Part shown: positions 10,295-20,954 of the stretch, in pieces
Layout: each line of letters begins with the position of its first letter
Numbering within the stretch: position 1 is the first letter of the stretch
Source of the DNA: Deltaproteobacteria bacterium
GTDB lineage: Bacteria; Desulfobacterota; Syntrophia; Syntrophales; UBA5619
Direction: 5' to 3'
Assembly (NCBI GenBank): GCA_023487865.1
Contig: JAMDBG010000003.1
Span: 1-45,037 of the forward strand
Length of the DNA: 45,037 nt
Notes under the pieces: model-generated
The model's input: the letters and a program-made list of their open reading frames with translations, nothing else
Database searches by the model: none
Told to the model about the DNA's origin: nothing
Made by a program: the position numbers and the translations under genes

Positions 10295-10734
10295 TCTACG
10301 GATTCATCAAAGGCACTGCCTCCCTTATCGCCGGCCTCGGCGTGACGATCCGGGCCTTTTTCCAGCCGGTCGTCACCTCCCAGTATCCACGGGAGTTGCT
10401 GACGATCAGCCCGCGCTTTCGCGGGCATACCAGACTGCTCGTCGACCCGGAAAACCCGGAGAAAAACAAGTGCACCGCCTGCGGAATATGCGTAAAGAGC
10501 TGCCCGTCCGGATCCATCAAGAAAGTGGAGGGAGAAAAGAAAGAGGGAGAAAAGAAGAAGACGGCCACCGAGTATCTCCTGGATTTTACCACCTGCAGCC
10601 AGTGCGGCATCTGTGTGGAGGTCTGCCCCTTCGATGCGCTGGATTTTTCCCACGCTTACAACTCGGCAGGCTATAAGCGGGAAGATTTCCATTATGATCT
10701 GGTCAAGGAACTGATGAGGAATAGGGTGCAATGA
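10291..10734 (+). CDS. nuoI: Complex I-like subunit NuoI (2x[4Fe-4S])
   Basis: TSQYP, PRFRG and two CxxCxxCxxxCP motifs. Confidence 0.92.
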   Translation: MIYGFIKGTASLIAGLGVTIRAFFQPVVTSQYPRELLTISPRFRGHTRLLVDPENPEKNKCTACGICVKSCPSGSIKKVEGEKKEGEKKKTATEYLLDFTTCSQCGICVEVCPFDALDFSHAYNSAGYKREDFHYDLVKELMRNRVQ

Positions 10735-11237
10735 CTCCCGGAGAATGGATTTTCATAGGGGTGATAACAGCCACGATGGCGGGAACGCTGGCGGCGGTAT
10801 TATCCGGTTCACTTATCTACGCCATGTTCGGTCTGGTCACGGCGATGTTCGGCATGGCGGGTATCTATATTTACCTGAATGCACCCTTTCTGGCCATGAT
10901 GCAGATCCTCATCTATGTGGGAGCGATTTCCATCCTGATCGCGTTTGCCATCATGCTTGCAGGCCCGATGTACCGGAGGCCCAAGGAGTGGACCACCCTG
11001 GCGAAATTTGCCGCAGCGCTGGCCGTTGCGCTTGTTTCCCTGCTGCTGCTGTTAAAAGTGGTCATCGGAGCCACCCACAACGCAAGCGAGGCCAAACCCC
11101 TCGTCGTGACCACTCAGGAACTGGGAAGGATATTTCTGGACAGGCTTACCCTGCCGTTCGAGCTTGTTTCTCTGCTCATCGTCGTCAGCATCATCGGTGC
11201 GATCATGCTGGCACTCTTCTCAAAGGGGGAGAAATGA
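10731..11237 (+). CDS. nuoJ: Complex I-like subunit NuoJ
   Basis: LNAPFLAMMQILIYVGAISIL and PFELVSLL motifs. Confidence 0.9.
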   Translation: MTPGEWIFIGVITATMAGTLAAVLSGSLIYAMFGLVTAMFGMAGIYIYLNAPFLAMMQILIYVGAISILIAFAIMLAGPMYRRPKEWTTLAKFAAALAVALVSLLLLLKVVIGATHNASEAKPLVVTTQELGRIFLDRLTLPFELVSLLIVVSIIGAIMLALFSKGEK

Positions 11238-11560
11238 CAGGAAATCTTTTGTATAACAACCTGCAGCTCTACCTCTTTATCGCCCTTTTTCTTTTAGGAT
11301 GCGGGCTTCTGGGTGTCATATACCGGCGCACGCTGATCGGGATGCTCATTTCCATGGAGCTGATCATGAACGGGGCCGGATTGAACCTTGTGGCGTTAAA
11401 CAGCTTTTCCGCTCAAGGAAACGCATACGGGATTGCCTTCACCCTGTTCATCATGGGGATCGCCGCAGCGGAGGCGGCCATCGCCCTGGGAATCATCATT
11501 GCCGTATTCAGGCGGTTCGGCCATATTGAAGGCGGGGAAATAAAGGAGATGAAAGGCTGA
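11234..11560 (+). CDS. nuoK: Complex I-like subunit NuoK
   Basis: ATGA overlap with the nuoJ stop; SMELIMN and IAAAEAAIALG motifs. Confidence 0.92.
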   Translation: MTGNLLYNNLQLYLFIALFLLGCGLLGVIYRRTLIGMLISMELIMNGAGLNLVALNSFSAQGNAYGIAFTLFIMGIAAAEAAIALGIIIAVFRRFGHIEGGEIKEMKG

Positions 11561-11563
11561 CCT

Positions 11564-13033
11564 ATGGTGATCGAATCTGCACAGCCTCTTTTACCGATCG
11601 CGATCGTTCTTTGCGTTTCGGTCTTGATTCTCCTCTCCAGGAAAAAGCCGAACGTCCGGGAATTCTGGTCCATCGCCGGCGCCGTTCTGACCTTTGCCGC
11701 CGTGGTCATGATGGTTCCCCCCGTCTGGCGGGGCGACCGGCTCGTTTACACGCTTTCCACCATCGCTCCGGGGATCTCCCTCAACTTCAGAGTAGATGCC
11801 CTTTCACTCGTCTTCGGGATCGTCTCCTCATTTTTGTGGATCTTCGCCTCCGTTTACAATATCGGCTACATGCGGACGCTGAAGGAGCATGCGCAGACGC
11901 GCTACTATGTTTGCTTTGCCGTTTCCATTTTAGGAGCCCAGGGTGTCTCCTATTCAGGCGGCCTTTTTTCCCTTTACCTTTTTTATGAAATCATCACCCT
12001 CTTCACCTACCCGCTGGTCGCCCATCATCAGGATGAAGAGGGCTATGCCGGCGGGAAAAAGTACCTTGTCTATCTGATGGGAACATCGAAAGGTCTGCTG
12101 CTGCCCGCGGTCATCCTGACCTATGTCATGACCGGGACGCTTGACTTTTCCGATACGATCACCTCCGGCGTTTTCCCCGGCGGGGCGGACAATGTCTGGA
12201 TCACCGTGACCTACGTGCTTTTCATCTTCGGCTTTGCGAAGGCCGCCATCATGCCGTTCCATAACTGGCTCCCCTCGGCCATGGTCGCACCCACGCCGGT
12301 CAGCGCCCTGCTGCATGCCGTCGCCGTCGTGAAGGCGGGCGTTTTCTGCATAGCGCGGGTCATGCTTTCCACCTTCGGTACGGCGCTTCTGCAGGATTCC
12401 GGTCTCGGCTTGCTGACGGCCTATTTCGTATCCTTCACGATCCTTGCCGCCTCCATCATCGCCCTGACCAAGGACGATCTGAAGGCCAGGCTCGCCTATT
12501 CGACGGTCAGTCAGCTTTCCTATGTCATTTTAGGAGTCGCCCTCCTGGATAAGAGCGGGGTACTGGGCGGCATCATCCATATCTTAAACCACGGATTCAG
12601 CAAGATCACCCTGTTCTTCTGCGCCGGGGCCATTTTCGTGGCGAGCCGACGAAAAAAAATCAGCGACATGGCGGGCATCGGCTACGCCATGCCCTTCACG
12701 ATGGGGGCCTTTGCCATCGCATCGCTCAGTATGATCGGCGTTCCGCCCGTGGCGGGCTTCGTGACCAAGTGGTATCTCTTGAACGGTGCACTGGAGATCG
12801 GCAACCTGCCCATCATGATCATTCTGATGGCCAGCACGATCCTGAATGCCGGGTACTTTGTCCCCATCACGTTCAGGGCCTTCTTCACAGGGGACAAAAA
12901 GACATGGAAACAGGAAGGTATCGGGGAGGCGCCGCTCACCATGGTCATCCCTCTCGTCATTGCGGCCCTCATCTCAGTAGGATTGGGCCTCTATCCCAAT
13001 GCCTTTAGCTACCTGATAGGGAGGCTGTTCTGA
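11564..13033 (+). CDS. Proton-conducting antiporter-like subunit (NuoL/MrpA-type core motifs, no C-terminal lateral helix)
   Basis: PFHNWLPSAMVAPTPVSALLHA and LAYSTVSQL; 489 aa. Confidence 0.88.
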   Translation: MVIESAQPLLPIAIVLCVSVLILLSRKKPNVREFWSIAGAVLTFAAVVMMVPPVWRGDRLVYTLSTIAPGISLNFRVDALSLVFGIVSSFLWIFASVYNIGYMRTLKEHAQTRYYVCFAVSILGAQGVSYSGGLFSLYLFYEIITLFTYPLVAHHQDEEGYAGGKKYLVYLMGTSKGLLLPAVILTYVMTGTLDFSDTITSGVFPGGADNVWITVTYVLFIFGFAKAAIMPFHNWLPSAMVAPTPVSALLHAVAVVKAGVFCIARVMLSTFGTALLQDSGLGLLTAYFVSFTILAASIIALTKDDLKARLAYSTVSQLSYVILGVALLDKSGVLGGIIHILNHGFSKITLFFCAGAIFVASRRKKISDMAGIGYAMPFTMGAFAIASLSMIGVPPVAGFVTKWYLLNGALEIGNLPIMIILMASTILNAGYFVPITFRAFFTGDKKTWKQEGIGEAPLTMVIPLVIAALISVGLGLYPNAFSYLIGRLF

Positions 13034-13281
13034 TGAAACTGGCGGATATGATCGGAACGCTCAGGGACAATCTCAAAATCCTGAAGATGGCGATGATCGT
13101 CTATCTGGCGGTCCTGGTCGTCATTGATTTTTTCCTCTCAAGGGAACACGCCCATTACCTGATTGATAAAATTTACGCCTACTGGGCCGTATTCGGAACG
13201 GTCGGCTGCTTCCTCCTGATTAAATTCAGCAAGGGGGTCGCGCATCTGTTTCTTGCCAAGGATGAAGATTACTATGATTGA
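13033..13281 (+). CDS. Small two-TM hypothetical membrane protein inside the nuo operon
   Basis: 82 aa; TGATG coupling to the upstream gene; two hydrophobic stretches; acidic EDYYD tail. Confidence 0.8.
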   Translation: MKLADMIGTLRDNLKILKMAMIVYLAVLVVIDFFLSREHAHYLIDKIYAYWAVFGTVGCFLLIKFSKGVAHLFLAKDEDYYD

Positions 13282-13311
13282 CGGATTTAATGACTCTTTA
13301 ACGAGGGGACT

Positions 13312-15066
13312 ATGAATAGCTGGCTGCATCCGGCGCTTTTCTTTTTCGCGGGGAGTCTCCTGCTGCCTTTCTTTCAGGGAAAGGCCAGAAAGGCGATCCT
13401 CCTTCTTATCCCCATCCTCGCCATTATCGCCGTTGCCCTGGCGGAGCAGGGGATCTACGGCCAGTACCGCTTCTTGAACGTCAACGGTGTCTTTGGAAGG
13501 GTCGACAAACTGAGCCTGATATTCGCCTGGGTATTCACCATCATGGCGTTTCTCGGCGCTCTCTATGCCCTCCATGTCAAGGAAAGCGGACACCACATCG
13601 CCGGATTCCTGTATGTGGGAAGTTCGCTGGGAGCTATTTTTGCGGGTGACTACTTCACGTTGTTCATCTTCTGGGAGATCATGGCCTTTTCCTCCGTCTT
13701 CCTTGTCTGGTATCAGAGGACGAGAAAGTCCCTAGACGCGGGATTCCGCTACCTCCTCGTTCATGTCTTTGGCGGACTCCTCTTTTTTACGGGGATGATG
13801 CTCTACTACGGCAAGACGGGGAGTTTTGCCTTCAACAGCATCGCTCCGGCCGGCGCGGGGATCGCCGAATATCTGATCCTCTGCGGTTTTGCCCTGAATG
13901 CCGCCGTACTGCCCCTGCACGCCTGGCTTCCCGACGCCTATCCGGAGGCGACCGTCGAAGGCGCCGTATTCCTTTGCGCCTTTACAACGAAAACGGCGGT
14001 ATATGTGTTGGCGCGCGGATTTTCCGGCTTTGAAGTTCTGGCCATCATGGGAACGGCCATGACCGTCTTCGGTGTCTGTTATGCCGTCATCGAAAATGAT
14101 ATCCGGCGGGTGCTGGCCTATCACATCATCAGCCAGGTCGGGTACATGGTGGCGGGGATCGGCATCGGAACGCATCTGGCCGTGAACGGGGCGGCGGCCC
14201 ATGCCTTCGCCCACATTCTCTACAAGGCCCTCCTGTTCATGGGGGCCGGCGCCGTATTGTACATGACGGGAACGGCAAAATTGACCCGCCTGGGGGGGCT
14301 TTACAAAACCATGCCGCTGACGATGATCTTCTATATCGTCGGGGCTGTGTCCATTGCGGGATTTCCCCTTTTCAGCGGCTTCGTGAGCAAATCCATGATC
14401 GTGTCCGCGGCCCACCAGGAAGGGAGACTCTGGCTGATGAACTTCCTCAATCTGGCGGGGATAGGAACCTTCCTGTCCGTTGGACTCAAGGTGACCTATT
14501 TTGCCTTCTTCGGGAAGGGGGAGCCCGTCCAGGCCAAGGAACCGCCGGCGAACATGCTCTGGGCCATGGGCATCACATCGCTTCTTTGCTTCATCATCGG
14601 CGTTTATCCCGACGTCCTGTACGTCCTGCTTCCCTTCGCCACGGAATACCGGCCTTACAACCTGCCGCACCTCTCCGAGGCGCTGCAGCTCCTCTCCTTT
14701 ACCGGCCTGGTATTTTTCCTTCTTTTATCCAAGCTGGGACCGGAAGAAAAGATCAATCTCGATGTGGACTACTTTTACCGGAAGGGAACGGCCCTTTTCC
14801 TTAAGTTTGATGAAAAGGTGATCGGCGTCGGCGACACCCTCTGGGGGGAGCTTTACAGAACGCTCGGGCTCAGCGCGCTTTTCAAAAGCGCAGAGGCGTC
14901 ATACGGCTTTGACCGGAAGGTGATCGACGGAATCGTCGACGGTTCGGCAACCTCCACCGTAGGCCTGGGATCCGTGGTGAGGAAATTGCAGACGGGCCGG
15001 ATACAGACATACATCGGTCTGTCGCTGATGATTTTTTTCCTGGTGGTGTTGTTTGCGGTGATATAG
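13312..15066 (+). CDS. MrpD-like Na+/H+ antiporter-type subunit with a NuoL-like C-terminal extension
   Basis: FWEIMA, PLHAWLPDAYPEA and LAYHIISQVG; C-terminal DRKVIDG...LQTGRIQTY plus a final TM. Confidence 0.88.
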   Translation: MNSWLHPALFFFAGSLLLPFFQGKARKAILLLIPILAIIAVALAEQGIYGQYRFLNVNGVFGRVDKLSLIFAWVFTIMAFLGALYALHVKESGHHIAGFLYVGSSLGAIFAGDYFTLFIFWEIMAFSSVFLVWYQRTRKSLDAGFRYLLVHVFGGLLFFTGMMLYYGKTGSFAFNSIAPAGAGIAEYLILCGFALNAAVLPLHAWLPDAYPEATVEGAVFLCAFTTKTAVYVLARGFSGFEVLAIMGTAMTVFGVCYAVIENDIRRVLAYHIISQVGYMVAGIGIGTHLAVNGAAAHAFAHILYKALLFMGAGAVLYMTGTAKLTRLGGLYKTMPLTMIFYIVGAVSIAGFPLFSGFVSKSMIVSAAHQEGRLWLMNFLNLAGIGTFLSVGLKVTYFAFFGKGEPVQAKEPPANMLWAMGITSLLCFIIGVYPDVLYVLLPFATEYRPYNLPHLSEALQLLSFTGLVFFLLLSKLGPEEKINLDVDYFYRKGTALFLKFDEKVIGVGDTLWGELYRTLGLSALFKSAEASYGFDRKVIDGIVDGSATSTVGLGSVVRKLQTGRIQTYIGLSLMIFFLVVLFAVI

Positions 15067-15130
15067 ACAATCCGGAGAGGAAGACCATCCGGTCTTTCCG
15101 GTGTCTTCTGATGACGAAGGAATAAGAAGC

Positions 15131-16615
15131 ATGGAAAAGTACCTCATAATGAACCCCCTCGATTTTCCCATCCTGTCGACGATTATCTTCCTTCCTCTGG
15201 TGGGGGTTGCACTGATCCTTCTCATGAGAAAGGAATTGGCAATCAAGGTCACGGCCCTGATCGCCAGTATCGCCACCCTGGTCCTTTCCGTGGTGCTTTG
15301 CGCCTATTTCGACCCGCGGACTCCCCGGTTCCAGTTCGGGGAATCTCTCTCCTGGATACAGATGTACAACATCAACTATACTCTGGGGGTCGACGGCATC
15401 ACGATCCTCCTGATTGTATTGACCGCCCTCGTTACCCCGGCTTGCGTCCTGTGTTCCTGGACCTCGATTTCACAACGGATCAAGGAGTTCATGATCTGCA
15501 TACTCCTCATGGAAACCTCCATGATCGGGGTTTTCTGCTCCCTGGATTTCATCCTTTTCTACGTCTTCTGGGAAGCGATGCTGATACCGATGTACCTTCT
15601 CATCGCCGTCTGGGGCGGACCGCAGCGGGATTACGCATCCATCAAGTTCTTTATCTACACCCTGTTCGGGAGTGTTTTTCTCCTGGTCGCAATCATTGCC
15701 CTGTACCTTGTCAACGGGACCTTCAGCATTCCCGAAGCCATGTATAAAAATTACCCCTTCCAGTTCCAGGCTTGGGTTTTCCTGGCCTTTGCCATCGCCT
15801 TTGCCATCAAGGTGCCCATGTTTCCGTTCCATACATGGCTGCCGGCGGCACATACGGAAGCACCTACCGCGGGCAGCGTCCTTCTGGCCAGCATTCTCCT
15901 GAAGATGGGCACTTACGGTTTTATGCGGTTCTGCCTTCCCATCACCCCGGTGGCGAGTTTTGCTTTTGCCCCTTATATCGTTGCCCTTTCCGTCATCGCC
16001 ATTATCTACGGAGGGTTTGTCTGTCTGAGCCAGACCGATATGAAGAAACTGATCGCCTATTCCAGTGTGGCGCATATGGGATTTGTCACTTTGGGGATAT
16101 TCACCTTTACAAAGATCGGATTCGAAGGGGCGATGTTGCAGATGATCAACCACGGAATCACCACCGGAGCGCTTTTTCTCTCCGTAGGGATTGTTTACGA
16201 GCGGACCCATAGCCGCGATATATACGATAACGCGGGTCTGGGAAAAATAACGCCCGTCTATGTCGGATTCTTTGGTCTGTTCGCCATCTCTTCCTTCGGA
16301 TTCCCCGGCACCAATAACTTTGTGGGTGAGCTCTACGTCCTCGTGAGCGCGTTTGCCTGGAGCAAGGCGGTGGGATTCCTGGCTGTGGTCGGCGCCGTCC
16401 TGGCGGCCGCCTATATGCTTCGATTGCTTAAACTGATCGTCTGGGGCAGAGAGGATAAAAGAACAATCCGGGACATGAACCTCCGGGAGGTGATCTATCT
16501 GCTGCCGCTGGGCGTCTTTGTGATCTGGATCGGCCTTTTCCCCCGGCCCTTTGTCCGGATGATGGAGATGACACTCAGTCATCTGCTCTGGCGATTGCAG
16601 GGTTTTTCCCACTAA
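15131..16615 (+). CDS. nuoM: Complex I-like subunit NuoM
   Basis: FWEAMLIPMY, KVPMFPFHTWLPAAHTEAPTAGS, LKMGTYG and AYSSVAHMG. Confidence 0.93.
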   Translation: MEKYLIMNPLDFPILSTIIFLPLVGVALILLMRKELAIKVTALIASIATLVLSVVLCAYFDPRTPRFQFGESLSWIQMYNINYTLGVDGITILLIVLTALVTPACVLCSWTSISQRIKEFMICILLMETSMIGVFCSLDFILFYVFWEAMLIPMYLLIAVWGGPQRDYASIKFFIYTLFGSVFLLVAIIALYLVNGTFSIPEAMYKNYPFQFQAWVFLAFAIAFAIKVPMFPFHTWLPAAHTEAPTAGSVLLASILLKMGTYGFMRFCLPITPVASFAFAPYIVALSVIAIIYGGFVCLSQTDMKKLIAYSSVAHMGFVTLGIFTFTKIGFEGAMLQMINHGITTGALFLSVGIVYERTHSRDIYDNAGLGKITPVYVGFFGLFAISSFGFPGTNNFVGELYVLVSAFAWSKAVGFLAVVGAVLAAAYMLRLLKLIVWGREDKRTIRDMNLREVIYLLPLGVFVIWIGLFPRPFVRMMEMTLSHLLWRLQGFSH

Positions 16616-16627
16616 AGAGGTTGGCTT

Positions 16628-18022
16628 ATGATGTTGTTGTTGCCTGAACTGTCCATGCTTTTGCTTTCCGTTGTTTTTCTTTTCCTATCCTTAGCGGACA
16701 GGAAAGAATCCCTCTTTTTTTGGGCAAGGGCGATGGCCCTGGCGGGGCTTGTCATGACCCTTGCCGGGGTTGCCGGGGAGGGAGAGCTCTTTTCCGGTGC
16801 CTATCGGGTCGATCTTTTCTCCCAAATCTTCAAGGTGCTCATTTCCGTCGGTTTCTGCTATGTGGTCTTTATGTTCGGCAGTGAAGACGAGGTGGACCGC
16901 CGCTATCTCCCCGACTACCTCATGTTTTTGACTTTTTCCACACTCGGCCTGATGATGCTGGCCAGCGCCGTGGAGCTCATCTCCATCGTCATCAGCCTGG
17001 AAATCTCCTCCTTCAGCCTCTATGCCGTCGTCCCCCTGCGCAAGTCGCAGACCAAGCTGCAGCTGGAGGCGGCGGTAAAGTACCTCTTCTTCGGCGCCGT
17101 TTCCACGGGCGTCATGCTTTTCGGGATGGGCTATCTCTACGCGATGGCCGGATCCACATTTCTTGCCGACATCGTCCGGACCTTGCCGGCGTTCATTTCC
17201 CAACCGATTGGCATTTTGGCCCTGATACTCACCATGACCGGATTTTTCTTCAAGCTTTCCCTCTTCCCGCTGCATTTCTGGGCACCCGATATCTACGAGG
17301 GGGCCTCCAATACGACGACGACATTTATCGCCACGGTCCCTAAAATCGCCGCGGTCGCCCTGTTGGTCAGGATCGCCATGCTGGCGCCTTCCGTTTCCCC
17401 GCCGCTGGCCAATATCCTGATTATTCTGGCGGCCCTGTCGATGACGATGGGAAACCTTGTCGGACTCATCCAGAGGGACGTCAAGCGCCTTCTCGCCTAC
17501 TCCGGCATCGCCCACGCAGGGTATCTGATGCTCGGCGTCATTTCGCTGAACAGCGACGGCGGCGCTTCTGCCATCTATTATATCGCGATTTACCTTTTCA
17601 TGAACCTGGCCTGTTTTTACGTGATCATCCTGATGTCAAGGAGTGGTGAAAATGTGATGGTGGATGATCTTGCGGGCCTGTCGAGGAGGTCTCCCCTGCT
17701 CGCCCTTACCCTCGCCGTTTCCGCTTTCTCCCTGGCGGGCATCCCCCCCACGGGAGGTTTCACCGGAAAGTTTTTTCTTTTTGTCAGCGCCTTTCAGGAA
17801 GGTTATCTCACCATCGTCATCATCGGCGCTGTCAATACCGTTATCTCCATCTTCTACTACTTGAACCTGGTACGGATGAGTTATTCCAGAGAACCGGAGT
17901 CCCGACCGACCATCGCTCTGCATTTTCATGAAAAGGCGCTCTGCTATACCCTCATCTTTATGATCCTCTATATGGGGCTTGTCCCCTTCGGACTGCTGGA
18001 CATCTTTCAGAGTGCCTTCTGA
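16628..18022 (+). CDS. nuoN: Complex I-like subunit NuoN
   Basis: EAAVKY, FKLSLFPLHFWAPDIYEGA, KRLLAYSGIAHAG and SLAGIPPTGGF-GK. Confidence 0.93.
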   Translation: MMLLLPELSMLLLSVVFLFLSLADRKESLFFWARAMALAGLVMTLAGVAGEGELFSGAYRVDLFSQIFKVLISVGFCYVVFMFGSEDEVDRRYLPDYLMFLTFSTLGLMMLASAVELISIVISLEISSFSLYAVVPLRKSQTKLQLEAAVKYLFFGAVSTGVMLFGMGYLYAMAGSTFLADIVRTLPAFISQPIGILALILTMTGFFFKLSLFPLHFWAPDIYEGASNTTTTFIATVPKIAAVALLVRIAMLAPSVSPPLANILIILAALSMTMGNLVGLIQRDVKRLLAYSGIAHAGYLMLGVISLNSDGGASAIYYIAIYLFMNLACFYVIILMSRSGENVMVDDLAGLSRRSPLLALTLAVSAFSLAGIPPTGGFTGKFFLFVSAFQEGYLTIVIIGAVNTVISIFYYLNLVRMSYSREPESRPTIALHFHEKALCYTLIFMILYMGLVPFGLLDIFQSAF

Positions 18023-18184
18023 AGTCTTTTAGAAACACCGGACAACCAGAGATCAAAACCCGCATCCTTTTCGTAAAAAAGAGTCATATGCGCCGTCGTT
18101 TCAGGCAGTTCCAATTATTGCTTGAACTTGGGCAAGAAAGGGGATATACAGCGCCTACTTCCAAATATAAGGAGAACAGCCGTA

Positions 18185-19024
18185 ATGGCTATGATGTTGA
18201 AAGATTCTTTACAGAACATACAGATTCATAAGGCCATGAGCCCCCACTACACGGAGCTCTTGGAAATCCTTGAGGAGATCCTGATCCTCCGGGAACAGCA
18301 CCGCCATCGGATACAAAGGGAGATTTTTCCCGTCGAGCAAAAGCTGATTGCCGCTAAACTGGCGGGAGGGCTTCCGCTGGTGGATTTTTCCGCCGTCACT
18401 TGCGACCTCACAGAATCCAAGGAGTATTTTCTGTCCCTCCTGGAAATCGCGGAAAAACGGTCGCCCGGTGAAACGGGAGAAATGGCCAGGAAAATCAGTG
18501 AAGGGGAAATCCGCTTCAACGACCTGATCTACGAATCATTCAACCCCCTGCCCCTGGAAGAAGAGACGGAAGCGGAAAAGGAAGAGGAGGATTCCTTCGA
18601 TCTGATAGAGCTCTTCATCGAAGAGAGCCTGAGACCGGCCCTGGAGAAGGTCGTGGAAGTATACGGCGACGTCGTCGGCAAGGCGGGATGGTCGGAGGGC
18701 TACTGCCCCATCTGCGGCCGGGAACCAAAGATCGGCGAGATCCGGGATGAAGAGGGAACTCGCTACCTCTTCTGCAACCAGTGCGGCTTCGAGTGGAGTT
18801 TTCGGAGGATCAAATGTCCCTTTTGCGGCAATGAGGAACAGCAGACCCTTGCCTATTTTACGATCGAAGAAGACGAACGGTACCGGGTCGACGTCTGCAA
18901 TGAGTGCAAACGGTACATCAAGATCCTGGACTTCAGGGATACCAAGGAAAAGGCTGACATGGACGTGGAGGACATCGCCACACTCCACCTGGATATGCTG
19001 GCCAATGATGAGGGTTACGATTAA
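18185..19024 (+). CDS. fdhE: FdhE-family formate dehydrogenase accessory protein
   Basis: Four CxxC pairs (CPICG, CNQC, CPFCG, CNEC), then YIK and DIATLHLD; start at ATG 18185 behind AAGGAG. Confidence 0.8.
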   Translation: MAMMLKDSLQNIQIHKAMSPHYTELLEILEEILILREQHRHRIQREIFPVEQKLIAAKLAGGLPLVDFSAVTCDLTESKEYFLSLLEIAEKRSPGETGEMARKISEGEIRFNDLIYESFNPLPLEEETEAEKEEEDSFDLIELFIEESLRPALEKVVEVYGDVVGKAGWSEGYCPICGREPKIGEIRDEEGTRYLFCNQCGFEWSFRRIKCPFCGNEEQQTLAYFTIEEDERYRVDVCNECKRYIKILDFRDTKEKADMDVEDIATLHLDMLANDEGYD

Positions 19025-19048
19025 TCCCGGGCAATTTGTAAATACCAA

Positions 19049-19705
19049 ATGGATGACCGGCATATAGCGGAGATCATTCGTCTTCTCGAGAAGGAGCTCG
19101 AAAACCGCGAACTCCCCATTGTCTCGCAGCTTGCCCACGAGCGCTACGACCCGTTTGCAATCCTGATCTCCACCCTTCTGAGCCTCCGAACCAAGGATGA
19201 GGTGACGGCGGCGGCCACGCAAAGGCTCCTTGCTTTGGCCTCCACACCGGAGGGAATGCTCCGGCTTTCCAGCGATGAGATCCGGAAGGCGATCTACCCG
19301 GTAGGATTCTATCGGACCAAGGCGGAGACGATCCTCCGTGTCTGCCGGGAGCTGATCGACCGTTTTCACGCCCGTGTCCCCAATACGCTCGATGCGCTCC
19401 TTTCACTAAAGGGCGTGGGCCGCAAGACGGCCAACCTTGTCATCTCCCTCGGCTTCGGAGGGGCGGGCCTCTGCGTAGACACCCATGTGCACAGGATCTC
19501 CAACCGCCTCGGCTACGTCCGGACAAAGAACCCGGAGGAAACGGAATTTGCCCTCCGGGCGAAACTCCCCCCGAAATACTGGTCAAGAGTCAACACGCTT
19601 CTGGTCGCCTTCGGGAGAAATACCTGCCGTCCCGTTTCGCCCCTCTGCAGCACCTGCCCGATTGCTGCATACTGCGACCGGGTCGGCGTGAAGAAGAGCC
19701 GTTAA
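19049..19705 (+). CDS. nth: Endonuclease III
   Basis: HhH motif LKGVGRKTAN, VDTHVHR and C-terminal Cx6Cx2Cx5C Fe-S motif. Confidence 0.93.
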   Translation: MDDRHIAEIIRLLEKELENRELPIVSQLAHERYDPFAILISTLLSLRTKDEVTAAATQRLLALASTPEGMLRLSSDEIRKAIYPVGFYRTKAETILRVCRELIDRFHARVPNTLDALLSLKGVGRKTANLVISLGFGGAGLCVDTHVHRISNRLGYVRTKNPEETEFALRAKLPPKYWSRVNTLLVAFGRNTCRPVSPLCSTCPIAAYCDRVGVKKSR

Positions 19706-19764
19706 AGGGATCCGTTGCCCTCCCGGCGGGATGTGTATACCGGCGAAAGGGCATTCCTTCCACA

Positions 19765-19792
19765 TTGACACATTTTTATATGGTGATACAAT
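19765..19792 (+). promoter_or_regulatory. Sigma70 promoter of gap
   Basis: TTGACA-N16-TACAAT with a TG extension. Confidence 0.65.
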
Positions 19793-19832
19793 CCACTTGC
19801 GGAGGAATACATCCGCCCGCCACACCCGGTAA

Positions 19833-20864
<1,032 letters not shown>

Positions 20865-20954
20865 GAGATGACAAACCGCAGGAACGGTTTGAGAAAAATC
20901 CCCTGCCCTGCCCTCTTAAAAGAGATGAGAAAACGGGGAAAACAGTAAGGAGCG

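Noticed and set aside
10745-11233. N-terminal extension of the 271-aa nuoK ORF
   Set aside because: It overlaps nuoJ in another frame; nuoK starts at ATG 11234 with an ATGA coupling.
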